The translations under genes were made by a program, and so were the position numbers. Under the pieces are notes generated by a model. It did not search any database. It had not been told where the DNA came from and saw nothing but the letters and a program-made list of their open reading frames with translations. DNA of 64,000 nt from Tortispora ganteri (lineage: Eukaryota): NCBI GenBank assembly GCA_003707115.1, contig PPNB01000013.1, positions 62,001 through 126,000 on the forward strand, given 5' to 3'. Below, piece after piece: positions 1 to 10,226 of the stretch. Numbering within the stretch: position 1 is the first letter of the stretch; each line of letters opens with the position of its first letter.

Positions 1-396
1 GTCAGATAGTCAAAGGTAGGGAATCGGTGGATTTGCGCGTGGTCAATTGAATCAAAAGGTTTGAGTTACAATATTGTCATAACAACAGTGGCCATAACAA
101 CGGCCCACCAAATTGATTTAGCTTTTTAAATGGAACAAGTCCCCTAACCCTTGAATTAAAAAACCGTTGTAAAGCTTAAGTGAATATCATTAACAACAAT
201 GTGAGGGAATATGTGATTCATATTTTGATTGATTTGACGTAAACAATCCGGTTTAGGGGCGCAAGATAATGTCATTAAAGTTTTCAAGTTGCAATATTGT
301 TTTTAACCTGAGGACGAAATGGTACAATATAGCTTGACTAAATCAACAACATTGTATCATCAGCTACTCTTAAGCTATATTGTTTAAGCAGAAAGT

Positions 397-403
397 CTTG
401 GCA
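397..403 (-). promoter_or_regulatory. Putative Rim101/PacC site (TGCCAAG) upstream of the ZIP transporter
   Basis: CTTGGCA on the + strand about 130 bp upstream of the ATG. ZrfC/Zrt1-type genes are known PacC/Rim101 targets. A single 7-mer could be chance. Confidence 0.4.
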
Positions 404-531
404 ACTATATTTCAGCGTATAGGAAGCAGCCTAACAAGCAGATTGTTCTGACTACCGAATACCTTGCTGGATGGCTATTACAAGATATATATAATGATCA
501 TGAAGTGAAAATTTTTACCGTAAATTCGACA

Positions 532-2223
532 ATGCTCTCTTTTCTCTTGCTAGCTTCGACAATACTGGCGAATAGCATTACAAATTGCGAGTTCAGCGAT
601 ATCGCCTTGTACTGCACTGATGATGCTGGCACTGTGGGCACTATCTCACCCGCGCCTACTGCCACGCCGACTGAATTGTACTCACAATGTCACCTTCACG
701 GCGTTACCACCTTCTGTAGGGGTGCCAGCTCGGAGGAAGTCGCCTTCTTTCCTACTGCTACTCCCACTGTAACCGTAGAGGAGCATAATCATGATCACGA
801 CCATGACCATGACCATGACCATGACCATGAAGAAGAGGAAGAACATGATCACGACCATGACCATGACCATGAACATGAAGAAGAGGAAGAACATGATCAC
901 GACCATGACCATGACCATGAACATGAAGAAGAGGAAGAACATGATCACGACCATGACCATGACCATGAACATGAAGAAGAGGAAGAACATGATCACGACC
1001 ATGACCATGACCATGAGGAACACGACCATGATCACGATCACGGTCATGACCATGGCGGCGAGTCGGCAGAGATCACCAGCTGCACAATGTCTAGCTCGAC
1101 GCAGTATTGCGTTGACGGTAGCGGTGTAACTGGCTATGTGTACCCGGCGCCTACGGACCCGGCGGTTGCTCCTTCTAGCTACGGCGACTGCCACGCGCAC
1201 GATGCTGACTACTTCTGCATCGCAGAAGACGGAAGCGAAGTGCAGTTCATTACTGATGAGTCCCAACCACCTTCTGACGGCTGCCATTTCCATGCAGGTG
1301 TAGAACACTGTCCTGGCAGGGAGAATACATGCGAGGCAGTTCAACGTGATTACAATATCGGCCTCAGAATTGGCCTGATATTTGTTATGCTTGCTGTCGC
1401 TTCTATCGGTGTGTATTTGCCTATGATCACAAGGAAAATGTTCAACCTTGTATTAACTGGATATGTTTTCACGGGAATCACTCAGTTTGGTATCGGTGTT
1501 ATTCTTGCAACGGCAACAATTCATCTTTACACACACGGAACCTTGACTTTCAGCAATGAATGTATAGGAACCTTAGATTACGAAGCCACTGCTTCGGCCA
1601 TTGTGCTTGCCGGATTCACCCTTACATTTCTCATAGATTTCTGCATCCACAAGTACATCCAGTATCAGCAAGCCAAAAAGGCTGCCAACAAGCCTGCTGA
1701 TGCTACCCCTGTGGATACTGAGAAAGGTTTACTGCCGCCCGAGGTTGACCATATAAGCGTGTTCTTACTGGAAGCTGGTATCATCTTCCATTCGATCATC
1801 CTTGGTGTTACATGCGTTGTTGCGTCCGATTCGTACTTCGGCACACTGTTTGTGGTTATTGTGTTCCATCAATTATTTGAAGCTTTGGCACTGGGTTCGC
1901 GTATTGCTGCCCTAGATACAATCAACCCACTCCAAAAAGGTCTCCTAGGCCTTGCGTTCGCGTTAACCACGCCTGTCGGTATGGCTATCGGCACTGGATG
2001 CCTCAACACCTTCAATGGCAACGACAAGGCGACATTGATCGCTATGGGCACGCTAGATTGTTTGTCTGCTGGAATTTTGATTTATACTGCAATAGTGGAG
2101 ATGTTTGTGCCAACGTGGATCACTGGCTATCTTACCTGTGCTCCTCGTATGAAGGTATTATTCGCGCTCGCCTGCTTGTTTATCGGAATGATCCTCATGG
2201 GAGTTCTCGGCAAATGGGCCTGA
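532..2223 (+). CDS. ZIP-family zinc transporter with long extracellular Cys/His N-terminal domain (ZrfC / Candida Zrt1-like)
   Basis: First ATG at 532 (the ORF-track start at 505 is GTG). Signal peptide, CHxH...C motifs (CHLHGVTTFC, CHAHDADYFC, CHFHAGVEHC), then a multi-TM ZIP core with LEAGIIFHSIILG and FHQLFEALALG, ending LGKWA. Confidence 0.93.
   Translation: MLSFLLLASTILANSITNCEFSDIALYCTDDAGTVGTISPAPTATPTELYSQCHLHGVTTFCRGASSEEVAFFPTATPTVTVEEHNHDHDHDHDHDHDHEEEEEHDHDHDHDHEHEEEEEHDHDHDHDHEHEEEEEHDHDHDHDHEHEEEEEHDHDHDHDHEEHDHDHDHGHDHGGESAEITSCTMSSSTQYCVDGSGVTGYVYPAPTDPAVAPSSYGDCHAHDADYFCIAEDGSEVQFITDESQPPSDGCHFHAGVEHCPGRENTCEAVQRDYNIGLRIGLIFVMLAVASIGVYLPMITRKMFNLVLTGYVFTGITQFGIGVILATATIHLYTHGTLTFSNECIGTLDYEATASAIVLAGFTLTFLIDFCIHKYIQYQQAKKAANKPADATPVDTEKGLLPPEVDHISVFLLEAGIIFHSIILGVTCVVASDSYFGTLFVVIVFHQLFEALALGSRIAALDTINPLQKGLLGLAFALTTPVGMAIGTGCLNTFNGNDKATLIAMGTLDCLSAGILIYTAIVEMFVPTWITGYLTCAPRMKVLFALACLFIGMILMGVLGKWA
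784..1053 (+). repeat. Coding minisatellite: (HD)n tract plus 48-bp unit encoding EEEEEHDHDHDHDHEH
   Basis: Three nucleotide-identical 48-bp copies at 829-876, 877-924 and 925-972, plus a partial fourth, flanked by (GACCAT)n runs. Confidence 0.95.
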
Positions 2224-2279
2224 ATAAAAGTGTATAGCAATATGATCTTATATAGATTCATTCAATGTATCGTAAAATG

Positions 2280-2978
2280 TCACATAATCATTTCTTCAGT
2301 CTGCAAGCCACAGGAGGAGCATTTCACATGCCTAGTGTTCCCCTCTGTGCGCTCGGTAACCCATTCATGGACATGTTTTGCCTGTCTACGGCTCCACGTC
2401 GATGTACGTGTGCGCGCCTTCATCTTTATGATTTTATCGGTAAATTTTTTCTCCTTGCGTTTCTTCTTCAGCTTCTCGCGCCTCTCGTACTCAGCATCCA
2501 GACCCTCCGGCCCATTCCATTTCTTGAACGCGTACTCCTCTACCTGGTACCGTAGATAGAGAAGCATATCACTGTAGGTGCTTTTGTGAGGATTCGGTTT
2601 GATTATATGATTGAAAAGTGCTGTGTCGCGCAGCTCTGGTTCCGTCAGTAGGTAGTCCTGGTGGCATTCAGTTTTTGTGAGTAGTGAGTACTTTTCCGGT
2701 TTCTCCTTCTTGCAAGTACGGCACACCCGACATTTGAACTCCTTGTAGAACACTACATCGATCTCTGGGGAGTCACACTCAAAACAGCGCGGGACGTTAG
2801 AGTTGTCAATAGAGAGCGGCGGTAGTGTCGAAGTTACGTATTTCGACGATACCTGTTGATCCGGCTCCAACACAGGGGCAGGCTCGTCAATAAACCCGCC
2901 CTTCGTGTCTTTCATAGACGCCAAATCATACTCGATGTAGTTGGATAAATAATCATGTTTCCCTGAGGTGCTGGTCAT
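2280..2978 (-). CDS. RAD14: Nucleotide excision repair protein, XPA homologue
   Basis: YIEYD..MKDTKGGF, C4 zinc finger (CFEC...CRTC), YSLLTKTEC..DYLLT, KPNPH..TYSDMLLYLR.QVE, C-terminal HVHEW...C..CG. Confidence 0.93.
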   Translation of the reverse strand: MTSTSGKHDYLSNYIEYDLASMKDTKGGFIDEPAPVLEPDQQVSSKYVTSTLPPLSIDNSNVPRCFECDSPEIDVVFYKEFKCRVCRTCKKEKPEKYSLLTKTECHQDYLLTEPELRDTALFNHIIKPNPHKSTYSDMLLYLRYQVEEYAFKKWNGPEGLDAEYERREKLKKKRKEKKFTDKIIKMKARTRTSTWSRRQAKHVHEWVTERTEGNTRHVKCSSCGLQTEEMIM

Positions 2979-3209
2979 GGTTAAGTTGTTCGACGCCGCC
3001 AGTCGGCCTTGATGAGCAATCGGTTATTATATCGTCGACGTCTCTGATTGGCTGAAATCTTTTCACCACCATACCACTACACCACCAGTCCAACATTTCA
3101 GGTAATTGCCTCTTTCACACAACCTTTTCTTACCCGGAACAAAGAACGTTTCCGGTACAGCATTACTTCCCACTGACAATTTCTGCATATATTTTCAATT
3201 CTGTTAGTG

Positions 3210-4688
3210 ATGAGGCAAGTCAAGGAGGTCTCTCCGCCTATTGAAGACGCCGCACAGCAGGCCCATGGAATTACTGATATCGTTTTACCCAGTTCTACCT
3301 TGCTAGATCGGGGCAGACCTGCAGCTCCCAGCAGAATAACTAGTAACAGTCTAATACGTAGACTGCCACCCAAGAAAACACATGCCAAAGTGAAGAAGAC
3401 TTCTTCTCAGCCGAAAACGCGCCCGGCGTTTGTTGTCAAATTGTGGTCAATGGTTAATGATCCGGAGAACTCTAAATACATGCATTGGACCGACGACGGA
3501 ACAGCGTTCATTGTTACCGGGCGCGAACAGTTTGAAAAATGCGTTTTACCGAAATACTTTAAGCATTCTAATTTCTCTTCTTTTGTGCGACAGCTAAACA
3601 TGTACGGGTGGCACAAGGTGCAGGACGTCACATCCGGCTCACTTCAAGCGGCAGATGATACCTGGCAGTTCAAATCCCCGAACTTCATTAGAGATAAGGA
3701 AGATCTGTTGGACAATATTGTGCGTAACAGAGCGTCTAAAGACGACGAGGAAGAAGAATTAGATATTCATGCTGTACTCGACGAACTGGAATATATCAAA
3801 GATGTGCAATCTTACATATCGAACGATCTGCAGACACTCAAGCAAGAGAATGCACAACTATGGCGTGAAACGTACCAGTTTCGCGAACAATATAGAGCGC
3901 ATGCTGAAACACTTGACAAGATTTTGCGGTTTCTTGCTTCGGTGTATGGAAATTCAGGCAAAATATTGGGCGACTCTGCATCTCCCACTGTTCCTGGATC
4001 GAACCGTGGACGTCTACTTATTACTGGTCCTGTGGACAACAAACTTTCTAATGCAGGGGCATCTCCATCGTCTCTATCTGCGGTCGATGATTTCCTCTCG
4101 TCACGAGACTCTTTGAGTGGCGCTACCAATACCAACAGTAGTGCCACACCGCAGTCTCCATCTGCCGTTATTAAGTCAGGCTTACAGAGCGATATTCCGA
4201 GCACTGTTATTGGTGAACCAGTAACTGACGTTAATATTCCTGATGATTCTGATATTTTGATGAATGCTAATACCAACAGCCACTTGCCTATACTTCCGGG
4301 TAGCGGCTCAACGGTGCCCGACATTGCAGACGGCTTTGATGCTTCCAAATTAGGAATTTCGCCGCCGAACCCGGAAACACTGGAATCAGGCGTGTCGGAT
4401 GCTGAGAAGATTTTGAAGAATCTGGAGAACGGATTGGCCTTGCAGGAAGATTCTATTCAAAATATTCAACAATGGCTCGGGGGCCGCTTGAACCCCGACA
4501 AGCAGATTCCAGAGGCTATGTCTGATTTTGATGTACAAGACTATCTGAATGACTCGCCATTCTTAAATATAGACGACGATCTGCAGCCGTTAACGGCGGA
4601 TGATACTGAGAAAGGGGCAGAGGAGACCACGCTATTAGACGACGCGTCCGCGCCTTTGCAGAAAAAAAGAAAGACCCGTGGCTCATAA
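3210..4688 (+). CDS. HSF1: Heat shock transcription factor
   Basis: HSF DNA-binding domain (PAFVVKLWSMV...LPKYFKHSNFSSFVRQLNMYGWHKV) followed by a coiled-coil trimerisation region ending LDKILRFLASVY. ATG at 3210. Confidence 0.9.
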   Translation: MRQVKEVSPPIEDAAQQAHGITDIVLPSSTLLDRGRPAAPSRITSNSLIRRLPPKKTHAKVKKTSSQPKTRPAFVVKLWSMVNDPENSKYMHWTDDGTAFIVTGREQFEKCVLPKYFKHSNFSSFVRQLNMYGWHKVQDVTSGSLQAADDTWQFKSPNFIRDKEDLLDNIVRNRASKDDEEEELDIHAVLDELEYIKDVQSYISNDLQTLKQENAQLWRETYQFREQYRAHAETLDKILRFLASVYGNSGKILGDSASPTVPGSNRGRLLITGPVDNKLSNAGASPSSLSAVDDFLSSRDSLSGATNTNSSATPQSPSAVIKSGLQSDIPSTVIGEPVTDVNIPDDSDILMNANTNSHLPILPGSGSTVPDIADGFDASKLGISPPNPETLESGVSDAEKILKNLENGLALQEDSIQNIQQWLGGRLNPDKQIPEAMSDFDVQDYLNDSPFLNIDDDLQPLTADDTEKGAEETTLLDDASAPLQKKRKTRGS

Positions 4689-4808
4689 TGGACGCTTTCG
4701 CGCCAATTTTAACTAATTTTGCTGTATATTGGATTATGTATGATTTCTTTTGTAACGAATGGAATTTTTTTTTTCATTTTTATAATTTTTCTAGGGCGTA
4801 GAAAATAA

Positions 4809-5849
4809 ATGCCTACAAGTGTAGAAACTTCACATGCGACAGTACACGTGACAATGACGGATATGGGGCTGCAATGTCCGGACTTGCTGCTATGTGGGGA
4901 CGCTGATCTGCACCGATTTTTTGATTCTGCGTCAAGCTGTCGTATGAGCGTATGTGATTTGCTGTTTTCATCTGTTGAAGATCTTGAGGGGATATTGCAG
5001 CTACCTCGGACGGAGATCGACAGGTGCTCGCGCTTACTTCGGGAACATCTTCTTGACCGTTGCACGGAAGGGTATGCGTCACAAACTTTTACAACGGGTT
5101 CTAGCAAGTTTGACGAGTTGCTTGGTGGCGGTATAAGGACTGGAGGGATCACTGAGATTGTAGGCGAAAGCGCTACAGGTAAGTCGCATTTCCTGATGCA
5201 ATTGATGGCATGGGCGCAAGCGCCCATAGAACTACATGGTCTCGATAAGGACGTGGTATTTATATGCACAGAAAGCGCGCTACCTTCTTCACGGCTGAAA
5301 GACATATGTGAGCGTGCGGGCACGTGGTGCAGTCCTGAAAGAGTATACTTTGTTCCATGCGAGTCACTTAAGGACCAGGAATGGACTATTATGCATTTAC
5401 TACCTAAATTGTTACGCGAAAAAGACATAGGACTGATTGCTATCGATTCTATAGCTGCACAATTCCGTGAACTCAAACTAGACGAAGATTCCAGAACGAC
5501 AGTGCTTGACATGGCCAGCCAGCTGAACAGTGTTGCGTCTGCCTATAATGTTGCGGTCGTTGTTGCCAACCAGGTGTCAGATCTCATGGACCAAGAGAAG
5601 CCATCCAGTCCGCTTTCTATAAGATATCAATCCCGCTGGTTCTCCGGGTGGGATTGGTTTAAGGATCGCAACCCCAAAGTACCGTCGCTGGGGTTTCTGT
5701 GGACAGGCTCCATCACACAAAGGATATGTCTGAAAAGATCACAGACGGAAACTGGCGATGCTCGGACCGCAGAGATTGTGTTCTCGCCATTTGCGGAAAG
5801 ATTACTGCAGGAATTCGAGATCTGCGACAAGGGAATCGTTGCTACATGA
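4809..5849 (+). CDS. RAD57: Rad51 paralogue (Rad57/XRCC3-like)
   Basis: LLGGGI.TGGITEIVGESATGKS (Walker A), LIAIDSIAA (Walker B), AVVVANQV, KVPSLG.LW. The true start may be the downstream ATG at 4854 (MTD...). Confidence 0.85.
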   Translation: MPTSVETSHATVHVTMTDMGLQCPDLLLCGDADLHRFFDSASSCRMSVCDLLFSSVEDLEGILQLPRTEIDRCSRLLREHLLDRCTEGYASQTFTTGSSKFDELLGGGIRTGGITEIVGESATGKSHFLMQLMAWAQAPIELHGLDKDVVFICTESALPSSRLKDICERAGTWCSPERVYFVPCESLKDQEWTIMHLLPKLLREKDIGLIAIDSIAAQFRELKLDEDSRTTVLDMASQLNSVASAYNVAVVVANQVSDLMDQEKPSSPLSIRYQSRWFSGWDWFKDRNPKVPSLGFLWTGSITQRICLKRSQTETGDARTAEIVFSPFAERLLQEFEICDKGIVAT

Positions 5850-6882
5850 TAATGCAGTCTTTCTTCTTTGAGGCCTTATTCTTATGTTTTGGTTTAGATT
5901 TGAGCTCTGCTCGTGCGGGATGCGCTGGATGTGCTGGATGTGCGTGTCTGGATGCGCGATCGTACCGTTGTTGCGTCTGCGATGCGAGGTTACTGTCTTC
6001 TTCGAGCTGGAGTTGTCTGGCGTAGTCCTCGTCACTGAGGTCAGTAGCCGGGATCGGGCAATCGTCATGACTCTCTTCGCACTGGAACTCCTGCGGCAGG
6101 AGCGTGCCTGAGAAGAACGAGTTGTTTTCGCCTTTTATGTCGGAGATAGACTCCCAGACTACATACTTGTGGTTTTTGTAGCCATAGTCGGTGACGAGCA
6201 TGAGGATCTGCTCGGACTGGTATGTTTTGTATATAGTGGAAAAGTGATTGTTGCGGAAGAGTACAGCGAGGGAGCCCGGTTGAAGCAAATTCTGTATAAA
6301 AGAGAGTCCGGCGTCTGTGAATTGGTCGTTTGTGCGAGTGAGGAATTGCTGTATAATTTCGGCGTTGGACTTATGTTCGTTATCTGCAGCCGCATCGGCG
6401 GCGTTTATAACATACTCAGTGGCGGCGTCATAGGATTTTAGCGAAAACAATAAATCACAAGGATCTTCCTGTTCCGGAATCCAGCCATGAATTATGTCTA
6501 TATCAAAGGCGGAGAAAAGATTTAAACTGGGTCCAGGTTCAAAAGTGCCATCGAACCGCGGATTGACATCGAGTCCTGCATAAAGCTTGGGGAGCAGTTC
6601 CAATAAACCATCATCTATACTATAACCATCTGGTGGATTCGATACAAGGGAATCAGCAAGTGTTTCGAGAATATCAGCGAGTTTGACGGTTGCGCGGTTC
6701 TGCATGAGCCGCCACAGATGTTCATGTTTGTGGGTGCGGGCGTCAGAGAGCAATAATGTGTTTACTAGTGCGATTAATGGACATGGTCCATTCTGATCTT
6801 GCAGTAGTATAGGTACATCGACTACCGCATCATTCCTTTCATCTTTGAATACGATCGATTTAACGTAGAAAGTCACAGACAT
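5842..6882 (-). CDS. MINDY-family K48 deubiquitinase (MIY1-like) with MIU motif and C-terminal CaaX
   Basis: Q..NGPCPLIALVN catalytic Cys motif, HGW, FRNNHFSTIY, LVTD.GY, DEDYARQLQLEED (MIU), polybasic tail ending CIIM. Confidence 0.9.
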   Translation of the reverse strand: MSVTFYVKSIVFKDERNDAVVDVPILLQDQNGPCPLIALVNTLLLSDARTHKHEHLWRLMQNRATVKLADILETLADSLVSNPPDGYSIDDGLLELLPKLYAGLDVNPRFDGTFEPGPSLNLFSAFDIDIIHGWIPEQEDPCDLLFSLKSYDAATEYVINAADAAADNEHKSNAEIIQQFLTRTNDQFTDAGLSFIQNLLQPGSLAVLFRNNHFSTIYKTYQSEQILMLVTDYGYKNHKYVVWESISDIKGENNSFFSGTLLPQEFQCEESHDDCPIPATDLSDEDYARQLQLEEDSNLASQTQQRYDRASRHAHPAHPAHPARAELKSKPKHKNKASKKKDCIIM

Positions 6883-7051
6883 AGGGTAATTGGCTAGTTA
6901 AAACGTTCAAGTTGCTTCGTGTTACTTATAAGGGGAAAGAGGGATGTAACACGTGCATTTTTGACTTGACACATACAACTACACCAACAACATAAACCCC
7001 CAGCCACAATCTTGTCAAAAATTCTGTAATTTCTAAAACTTACAAGATTAT

Positions 7052-7717
7052 ATGAACATTTCAAGGATTACAAAAAGACGACGAGCGCGGTCGGTCGTTT
7101 TATCACCAGACGAAGTGAATAGCGACTCAGAAACTTACACCAAGCAAGAATGGCCTAACGGTCAAACTCAATTTCAACCACCTTTCTACAATGTACTTCC
7201 GCAAAATCTACCTCAGACGCAGAGTTTGACTAGTTTACTTAGCTACTACAATACTGACCAGAACGATATCCCTAATGGTGATCAACTCGCTCGTGAATCC
7301 GACATCACTGTGGGCGGCGGCGCCGTACCACCAGAAACTGAGTTCCGCGGGTTCGCACTCTATGCGGGATCAACTATTGCGCTGGTCGTATACATAATTT
7401 GGGCACTCGCTCCTAAATCATTTCTACATTATTTGCATATATACTACTATCCCTCGCGCTGGTGGGCACTTGTCATACCAAGCTTCTTGTTGGTCCTACT
7501 GCTCTATATAGTTGTGGGCATGGTCCTCTACAACACCGAGGTGCTCACCGCCCCACTCAACGATTTTAGAACTATCGTTGATGACTGCGCAGTCGTCACC
7601 AGAGACGCAAAATTCATATCTACCAACGCCGACGGCGTCTGGGACCTGCCCCTGGATCTTGTTAACAAAGTCCTCTACCCTTCGCCAGAGTCTCCGGCCC
7701 CATCAAACATAACATGA
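7052..7717 (+). CDS. GPI19: GPI-GlcNAc transferase subunit PIG-P
   Basis: E.RGFALY, YIIWA, IYYYPSRWWALVIP, two TM segments, GVWDLP...VNKVLY. Confidence 0.88.
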   Translation: MNISRITKRRRARSVVLSPDEVNSDSETYTKQEWPNGQTQFQPPFYNVLPQNLPQTQSLTSLLSYYNTDQNDIPNGDQLARESDITVGGGAVPPETEFRGFALYAGSTIALVVYIIWALAPKSFLHYLHIYYYPSRWWALVIPSFLLVLLLYIVVGMVLYNTEVLTAPLNDFRTIVDDCAVVTRDAKFISTNADGVWDLPLDLVNKVLYPSPESPAPSNIT

Positions 7718-7736
7718 ACACAGTTCTTAGAGGCTC

Positions 7737-9212
7737 CTAACTTGGCATGTACACTAGCGCTATACTGTCTTTGCAGCAAATAACTAGCGCTGGGTGTGAA
7801 TGCAAATTACCCCACGAAACCGCACATATTTCGTTACCTGTATCGACCACCGCTGATGGCTTGCCGTGGGTAACTGACTCTAATGACCACACTTTCACCG
7901 TCCCGTCCTTGCATCCTGCCACAACTTCGATGTCCATAGGTGATAACGCCAAAGACATCACTGAAGATCGTCCTGCAATCTCAAGCACAGATCCAGGAAT
8001 GCGAAGATCATGTATGCATATTGTACCATTATCAAACCCAGTCACCACTGTACGCAGTGTGTCGGAATACACCATAGATGTTAACTTGCCAGAAGTCACA
8101 GACTTGTGTATATTCAAGCTCTGCTTTCCTGTGTGGAAATCGTATGTCATAAGAGACCCTGTTCTAGTTGCCACTAAAATTTTAGAATCTTCAGAACTCA
8201 TAAAACTCACTGCGTACGACGCGTCTCTGCTGTCGGACATTATAGTCGTATAAGGCTTGTACAAGGGTTCGTAATGCTCAGAGTCTAATCCTTCAATTTC
8301 ATCATTGTTTTTTACTAGCTCCCACATCTGCACAATACCAGACTCACATGTCGCTGCGATGTAGGTGCCGTCAGATGTCACGCTAACAGACACTACAGCG
8401 TCCGGTGCCTGTAAAGAAGCCAGTTCTCTCACCGACCATTCGCCCCAAATCTTTATTGTAGAGTCCAAAGAACCGGAAAAAAGCCAAGGTTTAGTTAAAC
8501 ACGATATTAAAGACGTGATCAGCTTTGTGTGTCCTCTGTGGGTAACAATTGGTTCTAAGGGTTCAGTCGCAGACCATTCAGAGACTGGGTCGGTGATCGT
8601 GTTGCTCAAGGACCAGCGGTGTATCAAATGATCTTTTGATGCTGTGGCCACAGTGTCAAGTAAACAAAACGCAGCTGCAGTAACCGCATCAAGATGACCT
8701 ACAAGAGAAGCGCGCTTAGACCAGTCAGACGGTGTGGCGTTCGTGACTGCACCAAATTCTGCCGCATCAGTTTCAGGTTGCTCAATATCTGCAGCTGACG
8801 TACCGTCTATTTGCGGTTGTGCCACAGAAGAAGAGTCCAGTCGTGGAATATCCATGTCAAGGATGTTCGATACTTCATCTAGACATTTGTGAAGGTACTC
8901 GCGTGCAGATATAGCAGGTTTAGCAACAGATGCGCAGTCATATGTTGACGCCGCATCGTCTCCAGATATCGGGGAAGGCAGCGAGTCAATGCCTTCAAGA
9001 CGTGTATCACCGAGCGCCTTCTGGAGCATTTTTACGCGCTTTTCGTACGATGTGAGAAGAAGTGTTTTAGAGTGGAGATCGTTCTCTAAGGCAACAATGT
9101 GACGCCGCATTTCGGCACGTTCTATGCCCCATTCAATTCTCTCGCGTTCTCCCTTCTGCCACTCCGTCTGAAGGTATCGCATTACGCCCGGCAGGGTATA
9201 TTGTGAGTCCAT
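7737..9212 (-). CDS. FAR8: Striatin-family WD40 protein (STRIPAK subunit)
   Basis: YTLPGVMRYLQTEW...ERERIEW.IERAEMR striatin N-terminal coiled coil followed by WD40 repeats. ATG at 9212. Confidence 0.88.
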   Translation of the reverse strand: MDSQYTLPGVMRYLQTEWQKGERERIEWGIERAEMRRHIVALENDLHSKTLLLTSYEKRVKMLQKALGDTRLEGIDSLPSPISGDDAASTYDCASVAKPAISAREYLHKCLDEVSNILDMDIPRLDSSSVAQPQIDGTSAADIEQPETDAAEFGAVTNATPSDWSKRASLVGHLDAVTAAAFCLLDTVATASKDHLIHRWSLSNTITDPVSEWSATEPLEPIVTHRGHTKLITSLISCLTKPWLFSGSLDSTIKIWGEWSVRELASLQAPDAVVSVSVTSDGTYIAATCESGIVQMWELVKNNDEIEGLDSEHYEPLYKPYTTIMSDSRDASYAVSFMSSEDSKILVATRTGSLMTYDFHTGKQSLNIHKSVTSGKLTSMVYSDTLRTVVTGFDNGTICIHDLRIPGSVLEIAGRSSVMSLALSPMDIEVVAGCKDGTVKVWSLESVTHGKPSAVVDTGNEICAVSWGNLHSHPALVICCKDSIALVYMPS

Positions 9213-10226
9213 TGTTGCTTGTATAAGATACAAAAGGTTGCATTAATATCAAATTCAAAGGCCTGTTATAGTTGGTGTACGGTTGCTATGCAATTCAATT
9301 ACTCTCAAACTTTAAACACGGTTGATCGTCTTTTCTTGCTTATTATTATTTACAGTTTCACTGCAACTGCCATTCAGTAACTGAACTATGCATAAGTCAG
9401 TTGATATAAGCACGGATTGTCATATTGTAATTAGATATATTCTTTAGTAGCCTTAAATGCTCACTGAAATGTAAAATCGATGTAAAGATCATGCAATAGT
9501 TTTGATCGTTAGTGAAGATTCAATTGCGATAGTTAAAGCATGGATAACAGAAATCAATATGCAAGTAACTGCAATTTGAGATCCTTCTTCAGCATTATGT
9601 AACGTTACTTGAGCACTATTCACTTTATCATACATTTGCAAAAAGCTGCCGTTCTATAGACAGTCAGCTGTAATCTCTTCTGCGAATCGATGACCATTAT
9701 AGGTAACAGCAAATGCAATTCCAAGGCAGTTCAGGTCACATCAATTAGTTTGTAGTTAGCGTAAGCCAAAAATAGAAAAACCATTTTGCTTTAAAGTGCA
9801 ATTTCAAGCAAGAATAGCATGTTAAAGTAGAGTGTATGTTCTAAATTAGTGAGGCAAGGTTATACAGATACAAAACATTTTCGATATTGAACGATCAAGT
9901 TAGGCAGATCGCTACAGTAAGGAATTGAGGCGACGCTCCTATCTTGTAGTTTCACCAACGTAGTGTCGCAAAACAACAGATTTAAACAGACTATTCAATA
10001 TAATATAGCAATACTGTGAAAATATATGCATTAAAATCTCATATAAAACGCGTTGGTGTATACCGGGTTTGGAATTGAATTAGTCTTAAGAAAGAGCTGC
10101 GAAAAAAGCTCAGAAATGTTGGCATAGCAACTACAATTGAAAACTGCATTGAAACCACACTTACCAAGGTCTCGAAGGATTTAGGCTCTTGTAGAACATT
10201 GAAATTTACTGAATCGAACAGAAAGA

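Noticed and set aside
682..1344. Antisense and alternate-frame ORFs over the His tract (682-1344, 791-1129)
   Set aside because: Shadows of the (GACCAT)n coding repeat.
9234..10226. 1-kb AT-rich gap as a pseudogene or solo LTR
   Set aside because: The frame I translated by hand is full of stops with no recognisable motif, and no terminal repeats or target-site duplication were seen.
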